The notes beneath the pieces were generated by a model that was given only the letters and a program-made list of their open reading frames with translations, had not been told where the DNA came from and made no database searches. The translations under genes were made by a program, and so were the position numbers. From the NCBI GenBank assembly GCA_013239625.1, contig PNXV01005434.1, forward strand, positions 62,001 to 126,000: 64,000 bases of DNA, given 5' to 3'. This DNA is from Lama guanicoe. Its lineage: Eukaryota. Below, piece after piece: positions 1 to 13,643 of the stretch (positions are counted from its first letter, which is position 1; each line of letters begins with the position of its first letter).

Positions 1-1468
1 CGGTCTGTTTTCATTATCTGCATAGAACTTATCTTTCTGTCATATTTCTTCTTCAGTCACTCATTTTATTTTTCTGTCTCCCTTCACTAGACTGTAAGCT
101 CCATGAGAACAGGAACCTTATCTTACTTGCTACTAGAACCCCAGTGGCAGCAGGTTACTAAATAAAATAAGTGTAGGAAGGAGGAAAAGCAAGGTGGGAG
201 GGAGGGAGGTGGAAACAAAGAGAAAAGACGATTCAATGAAACACCTGGACAATGATTCATTGTCATGGGCGGCTAGGATGTTTCGCTTACCTAAATGTCC
301 AGCAATAGGATAGTCTGGGAGGAAGAAAAATTCCTTTACTCTTCTGGGTTCACTTTCTATGGGTAAGGATGAAAACATTAGTTAACTTGATTTGGTGTGC
401 TGGTTAAGAGTCTAGACTCCAGAAGTTGACTGTCTAATTTTAAATCCTGCCTGCAATATACAAGAGCTGTATAACTTTAAGTGACATACTGCCTCTCTCC
501 CTATGCCTCAGTGTTCCTCATCTGAAAGCAGGGATAATAATACTTACCCGCATTAAAGGACTGATGTGGATTCAGATGTAAAGGGCTTAGAACAGGGCCT
601 GGCTAGAGGAAAGCCTCAATAACGTTAACTATTATTTAAAAGTAAATATAAGTAGTGAAACCCTAAAATATCCAGGAAAAAGTGCATGCAGGTATTTATG
701 GCAGAGATATTAGAGGAGTATCTTTCAAACCTTTTGGGAAGCATCCTTGAGTGCAAATGAGAAGTTTGTCTGAGATTCGGAGAGCAAGTCCCATGTGGCA
801 TGCACACCCTCCCTCTGTGCCTTTGTGCAGAAGGGCTCTTCTGCTGGAACTCTCTTCCCTCCCCTCTCAAATCTTTACCTACTTCATTTTTACCACTTTT
901 TACTCAGGCTAGTGGTAGAGAGCCCCAAAGAACACAGAGTAGCTGGTGACAACTCCTACAGGACATGAAATCTGGAGGACCTTTGGAAGGACACCAGGAA
1001 AGCTGCAGACCTCGGCTCACTCTCCTCTGTTCTCCGTGCCTCTGAATCTTAACTTCAGATCTTTCAGTTTTCCCTCCAAGCCCTCGTATCCACACAGGCA
1101 GCTCTTACCACCGCCTCTTCTCCTGTGTCCTCCCTTTTTCTCATAACCCACAAAGAATCACAGTCAGGCAGCAAATGACACTGGAGATTGGATGTAATTG
1201 CATCTCAGGATAGGCATTAGCAGAGCTCAGATGGGGGCCCCATGATGGTACAGTGGCAGGGGCGGTTGGGTCTCTCATGGCACCCCCACCCTGTTCTGGC
1301 TCTCATTCCTCCTCACTGACTCTGGAACAACATTGTCTCCACAGCAAAGAGCATCATAGTAAATTTTGTTCATAGTGCAGCTGCATTCAAGAATCGGGGA
1401 GGTAAGGGAGCGGGACACGGGGGGAGAGGTGCGTAGAGGAGAAGATACGGTCCGAACGACCAGGGCTC

Positions 1469-3890
<2,422 letters not shown>

Positions 3891-4419
3891 AGCCTCACAC
3901 AATGGATTCCTGAGACTTCTCCAAGGTGCTCGGGATCCCTGCCGACTTCATCTCCCCCAACCCTGCAACTCTTCTCCTTCCTTTATCTCAATTGCCTTCT
4001 TCATAGTGAGGAGTCTGGGCTGACTCTTCCTTCTCAAGCCAAGAGTTCTGCTTTCACACAACCTGGTATGTGGTATGTGGAGACTCACATTGGGACTGGA
4101 CAACGAGGAAAGGGTCCTTCATCCCTTGCGTCCCCATCAAGACCCAAACTCAGCTGCTCTTCGGTTGAGCTTCTTCTTCCTGGCATCTTATGCCTCTGTC
4201 TTCTCTCTGATTCAACATCAGCCATGAATTCTTTATATCTATTTCAACGTATTGATTTTCTGATGGGTGGGATCCAGGATATGAGAGAGAGGTTAAGGAT
4301 AGAATAAACTTTTTCTTTAACTTTTTATTTTCGTTGTTGTTATTCCCCAGAAAATGCCAAAGAATTAATTGGCTATTTATTGAGGTAAAAATCACCGGGG
4401 AATAATGTTGTTAAACATA

Positions 4420-5380
4420 AAATTAAGAGTTCAGTTTTACATATATTTGAGATGTCTATTTCATATCCAAATGGAAATGTAGGAAGTCCAGTATTGTGAG
4501 TCTAGACTTCTTCAGCATTGATAGAGTATTTAGAATCGTGAGATTAGTGAGTATAGTGAAAGGATAGGGGTACAAAGACTGAGCCATAGGCAGTACAATA
4601 TTTAGAAGTCTGGAAGGTTCATCAGATGAATTTAGCAAAGGAAGTTGATAGCAAGTAAAGCATTGTCAGGAAGTTAAATGAGAGGGAAAGAATCCAACTG
4701 AAGAAGGAGAAGAATTTCAGAAGGGGAGAGAGTAACCAACTGTGTCAAATTGTGCTGGTAGGTCAGTAAAATGAACACTGAGAATTGACCACTGGATTTG
4801 AACAAGAGAGACCAGTTAGACTGGAGAGCATGGTGAGACTGAGTCTGGACGAGTGGTGAGGGCAGAAAACCTGACTGGAGTGGGTTTAAAAGTAAATGGG
4901 TTGGAAAGAAAGTGGATCCAATAAGAGTATTGGAAATGTTAGTGATGGCTGTGTGGAAATACAAAATTAAGGGTTTTTGTTTTGTTTTCCTTAAGATGAG
5001 ACCATTACAACATGGTTTTATTCGGATGGGAACAATCCAGGGAGGAAGAACACAGTGATGTGAGAAAAACACAAAACAGTGGCAAGAGTAGCTGCTGAGA
5101 AGATAGAAGGACTGCAATCAAGTGCCCAAGTGAAGAGCTTGATTTGGGAGCATGGTCAGTGTATTCATTATAACAGGAGGCAGGGCAGAGTATACGGGTA
5201 CAAAGGCAAGTTAGTTGGTTGATTTAGTGGCAGACATGGGGGAAAGTCACTTTTTGCCATCTTGTTGGAATAAGCAAAATATCACCTGAGACAGAATATA
5301 TAAAAGGATGTTGAGTGTTTGAGAAGGGCAGAGAAGACATGCAATGATCAACTCAAAAATATAAGGTAGTGAATTGACCA
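4420..5380 (-). mobile_element. Old L2 LINE fragment
   Basis: Purine-rich degenerate sequence with reverse-L2-like phrases (gagttcagtttt, gagaattgaccactggatttg, aaacctgactggagtgggttt). Boundaries approximate. Confidence 0.55.
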
Positions 5381-5384
5381 GGGC

Positions 5385-5540
5385 CTTGGATCTCCAAGCG
5401 TGGTCTCTAGACAGACGGCATCAGGATCACCTGGAAATTGGTAGAAATGCACATTTTAGGGGCCCTACCCTAGACCTGCAGAATCAGAAGCCTTTGGAAT
5501 GAAGCTCAAAAACTTGCGTTTCAACACAGGTTTCTGGTGA
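5385..5540. mobile_element. MER5A-like hAT-Charlie DNA transposon fragment
   Basis: gcatcaggatcacctggaaattggtagaaatgcaca...ccctagacctgcagaatcagaa resembles the MER5A consensus as recalled. Confidence 0.65.
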
Positions 5541-6379
5541 AAAAAGTTAGCATAGGAAAATGCAGTAAGAAACACAAACAGAACAGTGAAGGCTTTGGTA
5601 ATGAAGTTAAATGAGGCTAGTCAACACAATTGTCTGCTTTCGTCTGCCTACATAGAGAAGAGGCAGAGCTGGAGAGAACCATGGTGAGTTTGCTAGGAGG
5701 ATATTACGCCAGAATAATTAAGACAGAGCAGTACTGAAGCTAGAAAACTGCGGTTAGGAAGCAATAGAAGGCCCCAGGAGGACCCCCCCACCCCACTTCT
5801 GAGTCCACAGGGAATGAAGGAAGCAGGCAGCACTGCTGGAGAAGCGGTGTCCTCGGCGGCCAGCCGGACTTCAGTCACAGCAGGAAGGCGAGGGAACGTT
5901 TAGGGGAAAGGTTGCCGATACAAGGTTTGTTTCACTGTTGCCAAACTGAGCTCTACATGGTGGGGCGCGATGGTTTGGAGAATTGATGAGTCGGATGAGG
6001 GATTTTTCAGAGCACCTAGGGAGAATCAGGACGATGGTCTGAAGAATTTGGGCTTTTTATGTAAACTGAGGACATAAGGCTTAATCGGATTCAGAGAGAC
6101 ATCTTAATGGAGGCGGGTGGTGAAAAATCTGTTCTTGGCTATAATTTTCTTTCTGGAGCTGTATTGTTTTGGTGGGTGGTGGTAGCGGAGTGAGGGGTCT
6201 CTGGCAGTAGGTTTACTTGAAGCACTTGGAGCTCAGGGCCTCCTCCAGTCTTGCCGATGGTCATGTCAGGGCTGGAGGAGGGGTGGCTTGTCAGGACCAC
6301 ACGGATGTCTGCGGGCTCTCTTTTCAGTCCAGGATCTGAATGCTTTTCCTCTCCTCCTCTGCTGCTCCTGCCCTAGTCC

Positions 6380-7015
6380 CAGACACCGCCACCTCCCACC
6401 CGCTCTAACTAGTTTTCCTGATTCCAGTTTTTCCTTCTACCACAGTGTATTCCCCACTCAGCAGCCAGACCGATATATTGAATCACTCCATCCCTTCGCC
6501 TAAAATCCAGCCGTGATTTTTCTGTTGCATTCATAATAAAATCCAAAGTCCTTACCAGACCTACAAAGCTCTTCATGATTCTGATAATCCTCCTTTTCCC
6601 TCTGTCTTTTGGTTCATCCCACTCCAGCCGCACTGCCCCCTTGCTATTCTTCAAACACAAGACTATTCTTACCGCATGGCTTTTGCTCTCATGCAGCCTG
6701 CTCTGCCTGGAACATACTTCTCCCAGGGAACTGCATGTGCAGCTCTTCTGCTCAGCTGTCACCTTTCAGAGAGGCCTTCCCTGATGACTCCCTGCTTAGA
6801 ATCATCTATCCTGCTTCACCGGTCTTTATAGCACTTATCATCACGTAACCTATCACGTAGCTATACATTCAAGTGGTTGTATTCCCACAAAAGAAAGAGA
6901 ATAAACTCCACAAATAAAGGATATTTGTTTTGTCACTGCTGTTTTTTAAGGCCTAACACAATATTTGACTTATTATGGCAAGAGCTTATTAAGTAATCAT
7001 TGAATAATTGAATCA
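6380..7015 (+). mobile_element. L2 LINE 3' fragment
   Basis: ataaaatccaaagtcctta, ctctgcctggaacatacttctccc and tcagagaggccttccctga are typical L2 3' phrases. Confidence 0.6.
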
Positions 7016-7919
7016 CAATTGTTTACCTGCCAATCGGCTGAGATACTTTTGGTGAGGCAGGAGGTGGCGTGACAGGACCTTGGTTAACTATAGAGAACAA
7101 AGCTGCAAACGTCAGATGTGTGGAAGGATGTGATCTTCTTGAAAGGCGCCATGCCCCGTGGGGACCCGGGGTGGCCGTGGCTGGGCTGTGCAGTGAGAGT
7201 GGCAGCAGCTCCGTCCCTCTCTGCTGGACAGAACAGCAGCAGCCCCGCAGGGCCCTGTGATTGTGACAGCGACAATTCATAAAGAGACTCCTGGTGGTTA
7301 AATTCTTGTCAAGACCTGGCTGAATGTGGATCCCTCCTACTCTGGCCTACCAGCTCATTCTTCTTCCACACTCAAACCTGAGCAATCTGGACTTGAGAAA
7401 TCAAGGAAATCTTTACGACTAAATATCTGAGTCAGTCTCTGTAGCAGCGTCTCATGGGTACGTTTTGACTATCTTCCTCTACGCGTGGGTCTGTTTATGG
7501 GTCTCTACATATTTGTGTGCAGCCGTGTGTGTACAGGGCTGTGTGTACGTGGCTGTGTGTACAGTGTGTTGACTTTATGTGCCTATATACTTGAATCTTT
7601 GGCTGTGTGAGCCACATGTGCACACTGGTCCAAGGCTATATATGTGTGTTCTTGGGTGTGTGAGCATATGATATCTGTACAAGTGTTTCTGTGTGTGCAG
7701 ATATGATTCTCTATCTCTCTGTGAATACATGCATGTGCTACGTGTGTTCATGTATGTACTATGTACACACGCATGTATGAACATGTATGTGTATGTATGC
7801 CTGCATAATAGGTGAGGCAGGTGAAGCAGGTGATATAGGTGTCTATTGCACATAGACAGTTGGCCTTTTTTGCAAAAAAGTAAGCCAAACCTCAGATGGA
7901 GGTAAGTTGATGGAGCCAT

Positions 7920-7925
7920 TTTATT
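7920..7925 (-). terminator. Probable UBQLNL polyadenylation signal AATAAA
   Basis: First canonical AATAAA on the minus strand, about 170 nt after the UBQLNL stop. Confidence 0.6.
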
Positions 7926-8097
7926 GACAGATCTTTCAGCCATGGCCAGTGGTCTTTTCAGCAGAGAAAGCATTGTTTGGTTTCTCCTATTCCAGGACTT
8001 CTCCTAGCTGGAAGCATCAGAAGAGACGGAAAAGGCAGAGATGAGGAAGTCAAATGGGTCAGCAGTCAGGTAACCAGCAAACGGGTGGGCACAGTGG

Positions 8098-9942
8098 TTA
8101 GGATCCGTGAGATCTCCTGAGCTTACGGACGGCTGCGCTGGTGTCTCCCTCGGTGGCAATGAGGGCCTGCAAGTTGGCTTGGTGATTCCCAAACCCCATG
8201 GCGTGCAGAGATTCCATCTGCTTGCTGAAATGAATCTCAGGGGCTTGCAGGAGGTGGGAAGGGTCTCCAGCTCGGGACTGTAGACTCTGCAGGACCGTTC
8301 CAGACTTGTGGCAGGACTCGGGCCCTTTAGGCTCCTCCATATCTGGCACATCCCAGGCCCAGGGCACTGTGTCAGGGTAGCTGCAGCTAGGTGCAGGAAG
8401 CCAGCCCAGGCCCCATAGGTAGGGTGCAACCCAAGGTAGTAGAACAGGCTCCTCGGTGACCAACAGCTGCAGACCCTGCTCAATCTGCAGTATCGCTTGT
8501 GACGCTTTAGGGTTGGCTAGGGCTGTAAGCATATCAGAAAGCTGTGTCTGCTGCAGAAGGGCGGGCAGCTGCTGCCTCCACTGCTCACTCAGCTGGGGCA
8601 CACTCATGCACAGCATCATCTGGGCGGCCAGGGAGGGGTTGTTCAACAGCACCTGCGTCATGCTTCCGGCGATCTGGGAGCCGGTCTGCTCATCCAGCAG
8701 CCGGAGGTCATCCTCTAATTTCTGATCAGAGCTATCTAGAGGGGTTGTGGCATCTCTGTCTTCTGCCTGGGGCTGCTGGGTGAGCTCTATGCTGGGTAAG
8801 GCTGGTGCCCCAGTTAGCTGCTCAATGTCACAAGTATGACTCCAGCCGCTGGTGGAGCTGGCGGCAGTATTGGCCCTGGAAGTCTGGTTTGCCTTGCTAG
8901 GGGTAGCACTGGCTGAGGCGGTTGAAGATAAATCACGAGAGCTGGCATAGATGACTCGGGCTGTAGGGAGCTGTGGGAGCTGTTCCTGCCACTCCTGCGG
9001 TGGTGGTAGAGATGGGGGTGAGGACTGGACCGGCTCTGGCACTTGTCCTCCCAGGAGAGCTGTGAAAAGGTTGCCCCCAAATGGATCGTGTGAGCTACTG
9101 AGCATTTGGTCATTGAAATCAGCGGAGTTCTGACTCAGGGCCTTGTCTTCACCTCGGGTGGTCTCTGAGCCCACATGTGACTGTGGGTCCGATGGATGTT
9201 CAAGATTCTGTGCAGGTTGCTGGATCTGCAATATCTCCTGAATCATGGCAAGATTCCTGGCCAGCTCCAGAGTCTGCCATAGGACATCAGAATCGTCAAA
9301 GATGTGTGAGACCTCTGGGTTCTGCTGCATCAACTGTTGCATGTCTGGGTGTTCTGAGATCAACCGTCTCATGAAGTCTGTGTTAGACAGAAGCTGCTGG
9401 ATGCCAGGATTCTCCAGTATCTGTGCTATGCGCTCCAGACCGAGCACTCCCAGGCCCTGAGTGTGCACCCTGGGCACGCCAGGCTCTGCGGATACAGCTG
9501 ATTCCACTGGACTGTGATTCACACCGGCAGGTTGGTGTACCCCACTGCTGTTTCCTTTGGTGTTTTTGTCCTGGTGGCAGGGCTCATCAGTCGACGGTTT
9601 CCGTGAGGAATGGGCTAGGGATCTGGAGCTGTGTTTGGACTTGATGACCAAGTGGATGGTGTGGCCATCCAGGATGCCCCTCTGGCTCAGTGTGTCATGG
9701 TCTTTGAGAAGGTGGCCCATGAAGACCAGCACGAGTTGGTCCACTTGGCATTTAAAGTGAGCCGATAGCTTCTCCTTGAACTGCCTCACCGAGGTGTCAT
9801 CAGTTATCATAAAGTCTTCCTGCTTGCCTGGTGTCTTCACTATCACTCGAGTGACACTCGAAGCGGTGTTCTTGCCTGCAGGCAGACATGAAGGACGCCC
9901 GCTCTGGGCCATCCTTGGTGTTCGAGAGATGACGTGCGGCAT
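8098..9942 (-). CDS. UBQLNL: Ubiquilin-like protein, intronless CDS, 614 aa, UBL plus UBA
   Basis: Starts [15 protein letters not shown], matching the recalled UBQLNL N-terminus. Diverged UBL ([13 protein letters not shown]...[14 protein letters not shown]) and C-terminal UBA ([30 protein letters not shown]). Tandem with UBQLN3. The ORF-track start at 10077 is a TTG. Confidence 0.93.
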   Translation of the reverse strand: MPHVISRTPRMAQSGRPSCLPAGKNTASSVTRVIVKTPGKQEDFMITDDTSVRQFKEKLSAHFKCQVDQLVLVFMGHLLKDHDTLSQRGILDGHTIHLVIKSKHSSRSLAHSSRKPSTDEPCHQDKNTKGNSSGVHQPAGVNHSPVESAVSAEPGVPRVHTQGLGVLGLERIAQILENPGIQQLLSNTDFMRRLISEHPDMQQLMQQNPEVSHIFDDSDVLWQTLELARNLAMIQEILQIQQPAQNLEHPSDPQSHVGSETTRGEDKALSQNSADFNDQMLSSSHDPFGGNLFTALLGGQVPEPVQSSPPSLPPPQEWQEQLPQLPTARVIYASSRDLSSTASASATPSKANQTSRANTAASSTSGWSHTCDIEQLTGAPALPSIELTQQPQAEDRDATTPLDSSDQKLEDDLRLLDEQTGSQIAGSMTQVLLNNPSLAAQMMLCMSVPQLSEQWRQQLPALLQQTQLSDMLTALANPKASQAILQIEQGLQLLVTEEPVLLPWVAPYLWGLGWLPAPSCSYPDTVPWAWDVPDMEEPKGPESCHKSGTVLQSLQSRAGDPSHLLQAPEIHFSKQMESLHAMGFGNHQANLQALIATEGDTSAAVRKLRRSHGS

Positions 9943-12036
9943 GGACCTTCGTGGCAGGTGGGGAGCAGGTGGAAGTAGGAGCAGGGGCAGAGGGGTGAGG
10001 GCAGACAAATACTTCTGCTGGCCTCCGTCTCTGGTGTTGTGTTCTTGGTCCACAGGCTGGTTTCCTTGTTGCCCCAAAAGGGATGAGTGACCAGGCTGAG
10101 GCCAGGTATTTTACGATGTTGTACCCCCACCCCAGTTCTCCAGATGTGGCCTAGCTGAGGTCTGGCGTGGCTACTGATTCATACTTGATAGAAGGTAGGC
10201 TAAGTGGTGATGGCCCCTCCCAGGGTCTCCCCTCCCCTGCCCCACCCACCAAAAGCATACCCTCTTCAGAAAAGGGATATTATGATGTCAACTCAAGCTT
10301 TACAGTCTCTGCCTGAACTAGCTGGGGAAGGAGGTGTACTTTGGGAGTCCACGTCTCCATAACAAAATAAAATAAGACAGTTTTCCAGGAAACTGGGGAC
10401 AAAGTTCTCAGGATGGAACTATTAAAAATAAATAAATAAAACAACAGATTGTTTATGTGGGATGTATGTTTCTCTGTGGCGCTGTGTGTGGGTCCCTTGA
10501 TATTAATTATGAAGAACTAACTGGACATAATCAATGTCTCCCAATCATGAGGGCTGATGGCCATTCTGGGGAGTGGTCCATCTGGAGGAGAAGGAGGACA
10601 CACTTCTACCAATGCTGTGTCCTGCAGTCTGGGGGCCTGGAAGGTTTGTGGGGTTTGACAGGTTTTGGTTGTACCCAAGCCCCAGAGGGTCTTTTGGCTG
10701 GTGGTCTTGGCAGGCTGTGCTTCAGTGTCTGGAAGCTGAGGTCATAAATAACCAGGTAGCCACCACTGTAGACATAGAGCTTGTGATCTGAGGGGCAGTA
10801 ATGGGTGCCCTGCAGCATTTCCAGCATCTTACCCAGCAGGATGCTGAGATGGTGCTCCTGCCCAGTGGTGGTATCAAAAGCATAGAAGATCTCCTCTTGG
10901 CGGGTGCTCAGTGAGCGTAAAGCATAGAGCGCCCCACAGGCCATGAAGGCTCCTGACACGGCCGGCTTGTATTGGCTGGTGCGCCAGGTTTTCTCCGCCT
11001 CGAGAGTGCTGGCATTGAGACGACTCACAACCAGGTTCCCCTTGGTCTCCTCAGCGGTGTAGAGCACTCACAGCCCCTTCTCATCTCCAGCAAAGTCCAA
11101 GTCCTTCCAGGGCACGCCAGCATAGGAGAAGCGGTTGTTGTAGGCGGCAGCGGGCAGCAGGCGCTGCAGCACTGGGGTGTTGGAGGAGAGGCCCGCCTTG
11201 GCCACGTCACCTGTGCCGTAGCGGTTCAAGTACATGATGTTCTCGTCCACAGCACTGTCACGATAGCCATCTTCCTCTCCTCATAGTTCTTCAGCAGCGC
11301 CAGGTCATCACAGGACTTGTGCGGCCGGTGGTAGTCAAAGACCCTAGACCAAGCCCCCCGCCAGCATCATCAGGGCAACCAAAAGCTATTTAAAAATGAG
11401 CAGGCTGGTGTTCTGATTAATACTGAGGGCTTTGGAATCAAACAGTGATCTCTCTTTTATTTACAGTATTTTATGACAATAGATAATTGCAACAACAACC
11501 GAAAACAGTAACAGTAATAACATTAACACTGACCGCAACAAGGCCTAATGGGCACCGGGCATGCCTTACGTTGTTCGATGATAGTGAAAACACTGGAAGG
11601 TAGGTTTATTCCCACAGATGCAGAGACCGGGTCTCAGAAAGGTTACACAGTTTGCTGGAGGTCATAACTAAATTCTGTGAAAAGAATAACAAAAGGATCT
11701 ATCTCCTTGATGGGCAGGACTGACCAAGATAATGCAAGCAAAACAACGAGCGTAAGGTATTCATTTCAGAATAAGCAATGAAAAAGTGAGCTACTATTTT
11801 TTTCCCTTCTTTATGGACACTCTTCTGTGTCTAGACTCCACCACCTTCCACCTGCCCTTGAGACACAGGTGTCCTGTAGCAGGACAATGAATATAAGGAG
11901 ATTTATATTCATGAGGTCACTTTGGAAAGTTCTTTACATTATTCCTGACTTATAAGTATTGTCTTTGCTTAACATTGGCCAGTAAGTCATGCCTTACCCA
12001 CAGATTTTGAGAGGATTTAAAAAGCAATGCCATGTA

Positions 12037-12363
12037 TTTATCAAACAGAAACAGACTCAAAAACATAGAAAACAAACTTACGGTTACCAAAGGGGAAAAG
12101 AGGGGAAGGATAAATTGGGAGTCAGAATTAGCAGATACAAACTGTTATATATAAAAGAGATAAATAACAAGGTCCTACTGTATGGCACAAGGAACTGTAT
12201 TCAATATCTTGTAATACCCTATAATGAAAAAGAATATGAAAAAGAAGATATGTATGTATGTATAGCTGAATCACTATGCTGTACTAACTGAAACCAACAT
12301 AGCATTGTAAATCAACTGCACTTCAATAAAAGATAAATAATAAAACAGTTACCAGTAAAAAAA
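12037..12363 (+). mobile_element. 5'-truncated L1 3'UTR with polyA tail, inside the last OLFM5 intron
   Basis: aaacagaaacagactc...aaacaaacttacggttaccaaagggg...attgtaaatcaactgcacttcaataaa, then an A tail. Imperfect TSD aaaaagcaatgccatgta (12019-12036) / aaaaagcaacgacatgta (12364-12381). Confidence 0.85.
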
Positions 12364-13495
12364 AAAAAGCAACGACATGTAAATGTGTTTCATATGCTAC
12401 AAAATGTCTATAGAAATTAGGGAGCATTGTTGTCAGTGGCAACAATCTTCCTGAGATGAGCTTCCACTGCGGCTTTTCAGTGACTAGAGTCACCCTTCCT
12501 GCCCAGGATCTCCTTCCTGCCCAGCTGGGTCTTTATCACTCTCTGGTATGTACTGACTTTAAACACCCTGTCTGTGAGTTGTACCTACCTCCCTGGCCAG
12601 GCTGCCAATTCACTGAAGGGTTCATCTGTGTACTCATTGATCCATTTAGCAATTTTTTCATCTAACCAATATTTATCAGCACCTGCTATGTTGTCCACAC
12701 ATTTCTATGTAATCTCATGTGATATTTTCATATATTGAATCAGCCTCATTTTACAGATAACTAAGAATGGGTCTGAGATGTTCATTCATTTCTCCAAGGA
12801 CACTGAGCTTAAGTGGCAGGACTGAGACTCAAACTCGGATCTACTTGACTCCAAGTCTGAAACTTCGTTAAGTTTATCCTCTAAACTTCTGAGAAGAAGT
12901 TAAGAGTCTAAGGGCCAGGAATGGAAGAGTTAGTTTTTAAGATAAGACCAGGCTAAGGATACAACTGCTTTGGATTATGATAGGGTTAGAGATTCCAGGC
13001 AGTAGCTCAGGCGGTCTGGACCATCCTTAACCCATGAGAGGAACACTAGGAGGCGATCAGTCGGGCCCAGGCTGTTTATCTGGGGGGAAACCTAAAATAG
13101 AGAGAGGAAGCTGATCGGGGGCCACAAGGAAACTTGTTAGGGCAGGGGAGGGCACATTTGGAATAAACCTGCTTGCAGAAGAGAAATCATCCTGGGCTCA
13201 CCTGCCATCCACACGCAGTGGGGTCACCCAGTCGAGGGCAGAGGCTGGACTGGGTGTCGAGTCTCAGCCCCGGGCACCGTCTTGTACGAGAAGCCTCTCC
13301 GATTGAGCTGCGCCACAGGGGGTCTGGTGACTTCCTGGAGGCCTCCCCGAGCACAGAAACCGAGGGAAGAGTGCAGGCACGCAGCACGCAGGAAGCAGAA
13401 TGTGAAAGTGTAATAACCATGTGCTCATTTGAGTGAGTGTCTACATACCTAAGGGTATTTACATGTGTCCCTATGTCTATATCGCCACTCTCATT

Positions 13496-13643
13496 AAAAA
13501 AAAATTTATTTTTTATTTATTTATTTTTAGGAGGGGAAGTAATTATGTTTGTTTGTTTGTTTAAATGGAGGTACTGGGAATTGAACCCAGGACCTCATGC
13601 ATGTTACATGAGCACTCTACCACTGAACCATACCCTGCCCCCT
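13496..13643 (-). mobile_element. tRNA-Ala-derived SINE (vic-1-like)
   Basis: Reverse tRNA-like head (gggaattgaacccaggacctc...ctctaccactgaaccataccc) with (TTTA)n tail. TSD ccactctcatt / ccactcccatt. Confidence 0.85.

Noticed and set aside
4674..5117. 147-aa ORF
   Set aside because: Lies within a degenerate L2 fragment.
7440..7860. Alternating purine-pyrimidine tract and its 132-aa His/Thr-rich ORF (similar tracts near 31380-31450 and 59290-59400)
   Set aside because: Degenerate TG/CA low-complexity sequence; the ORFs are translation artefacts.
9943..10077. 45-aa N-terminal extension of UBQLNL
   Set aside because: It begins at TTG, not ATG; the first in-frame ATG is 9942.
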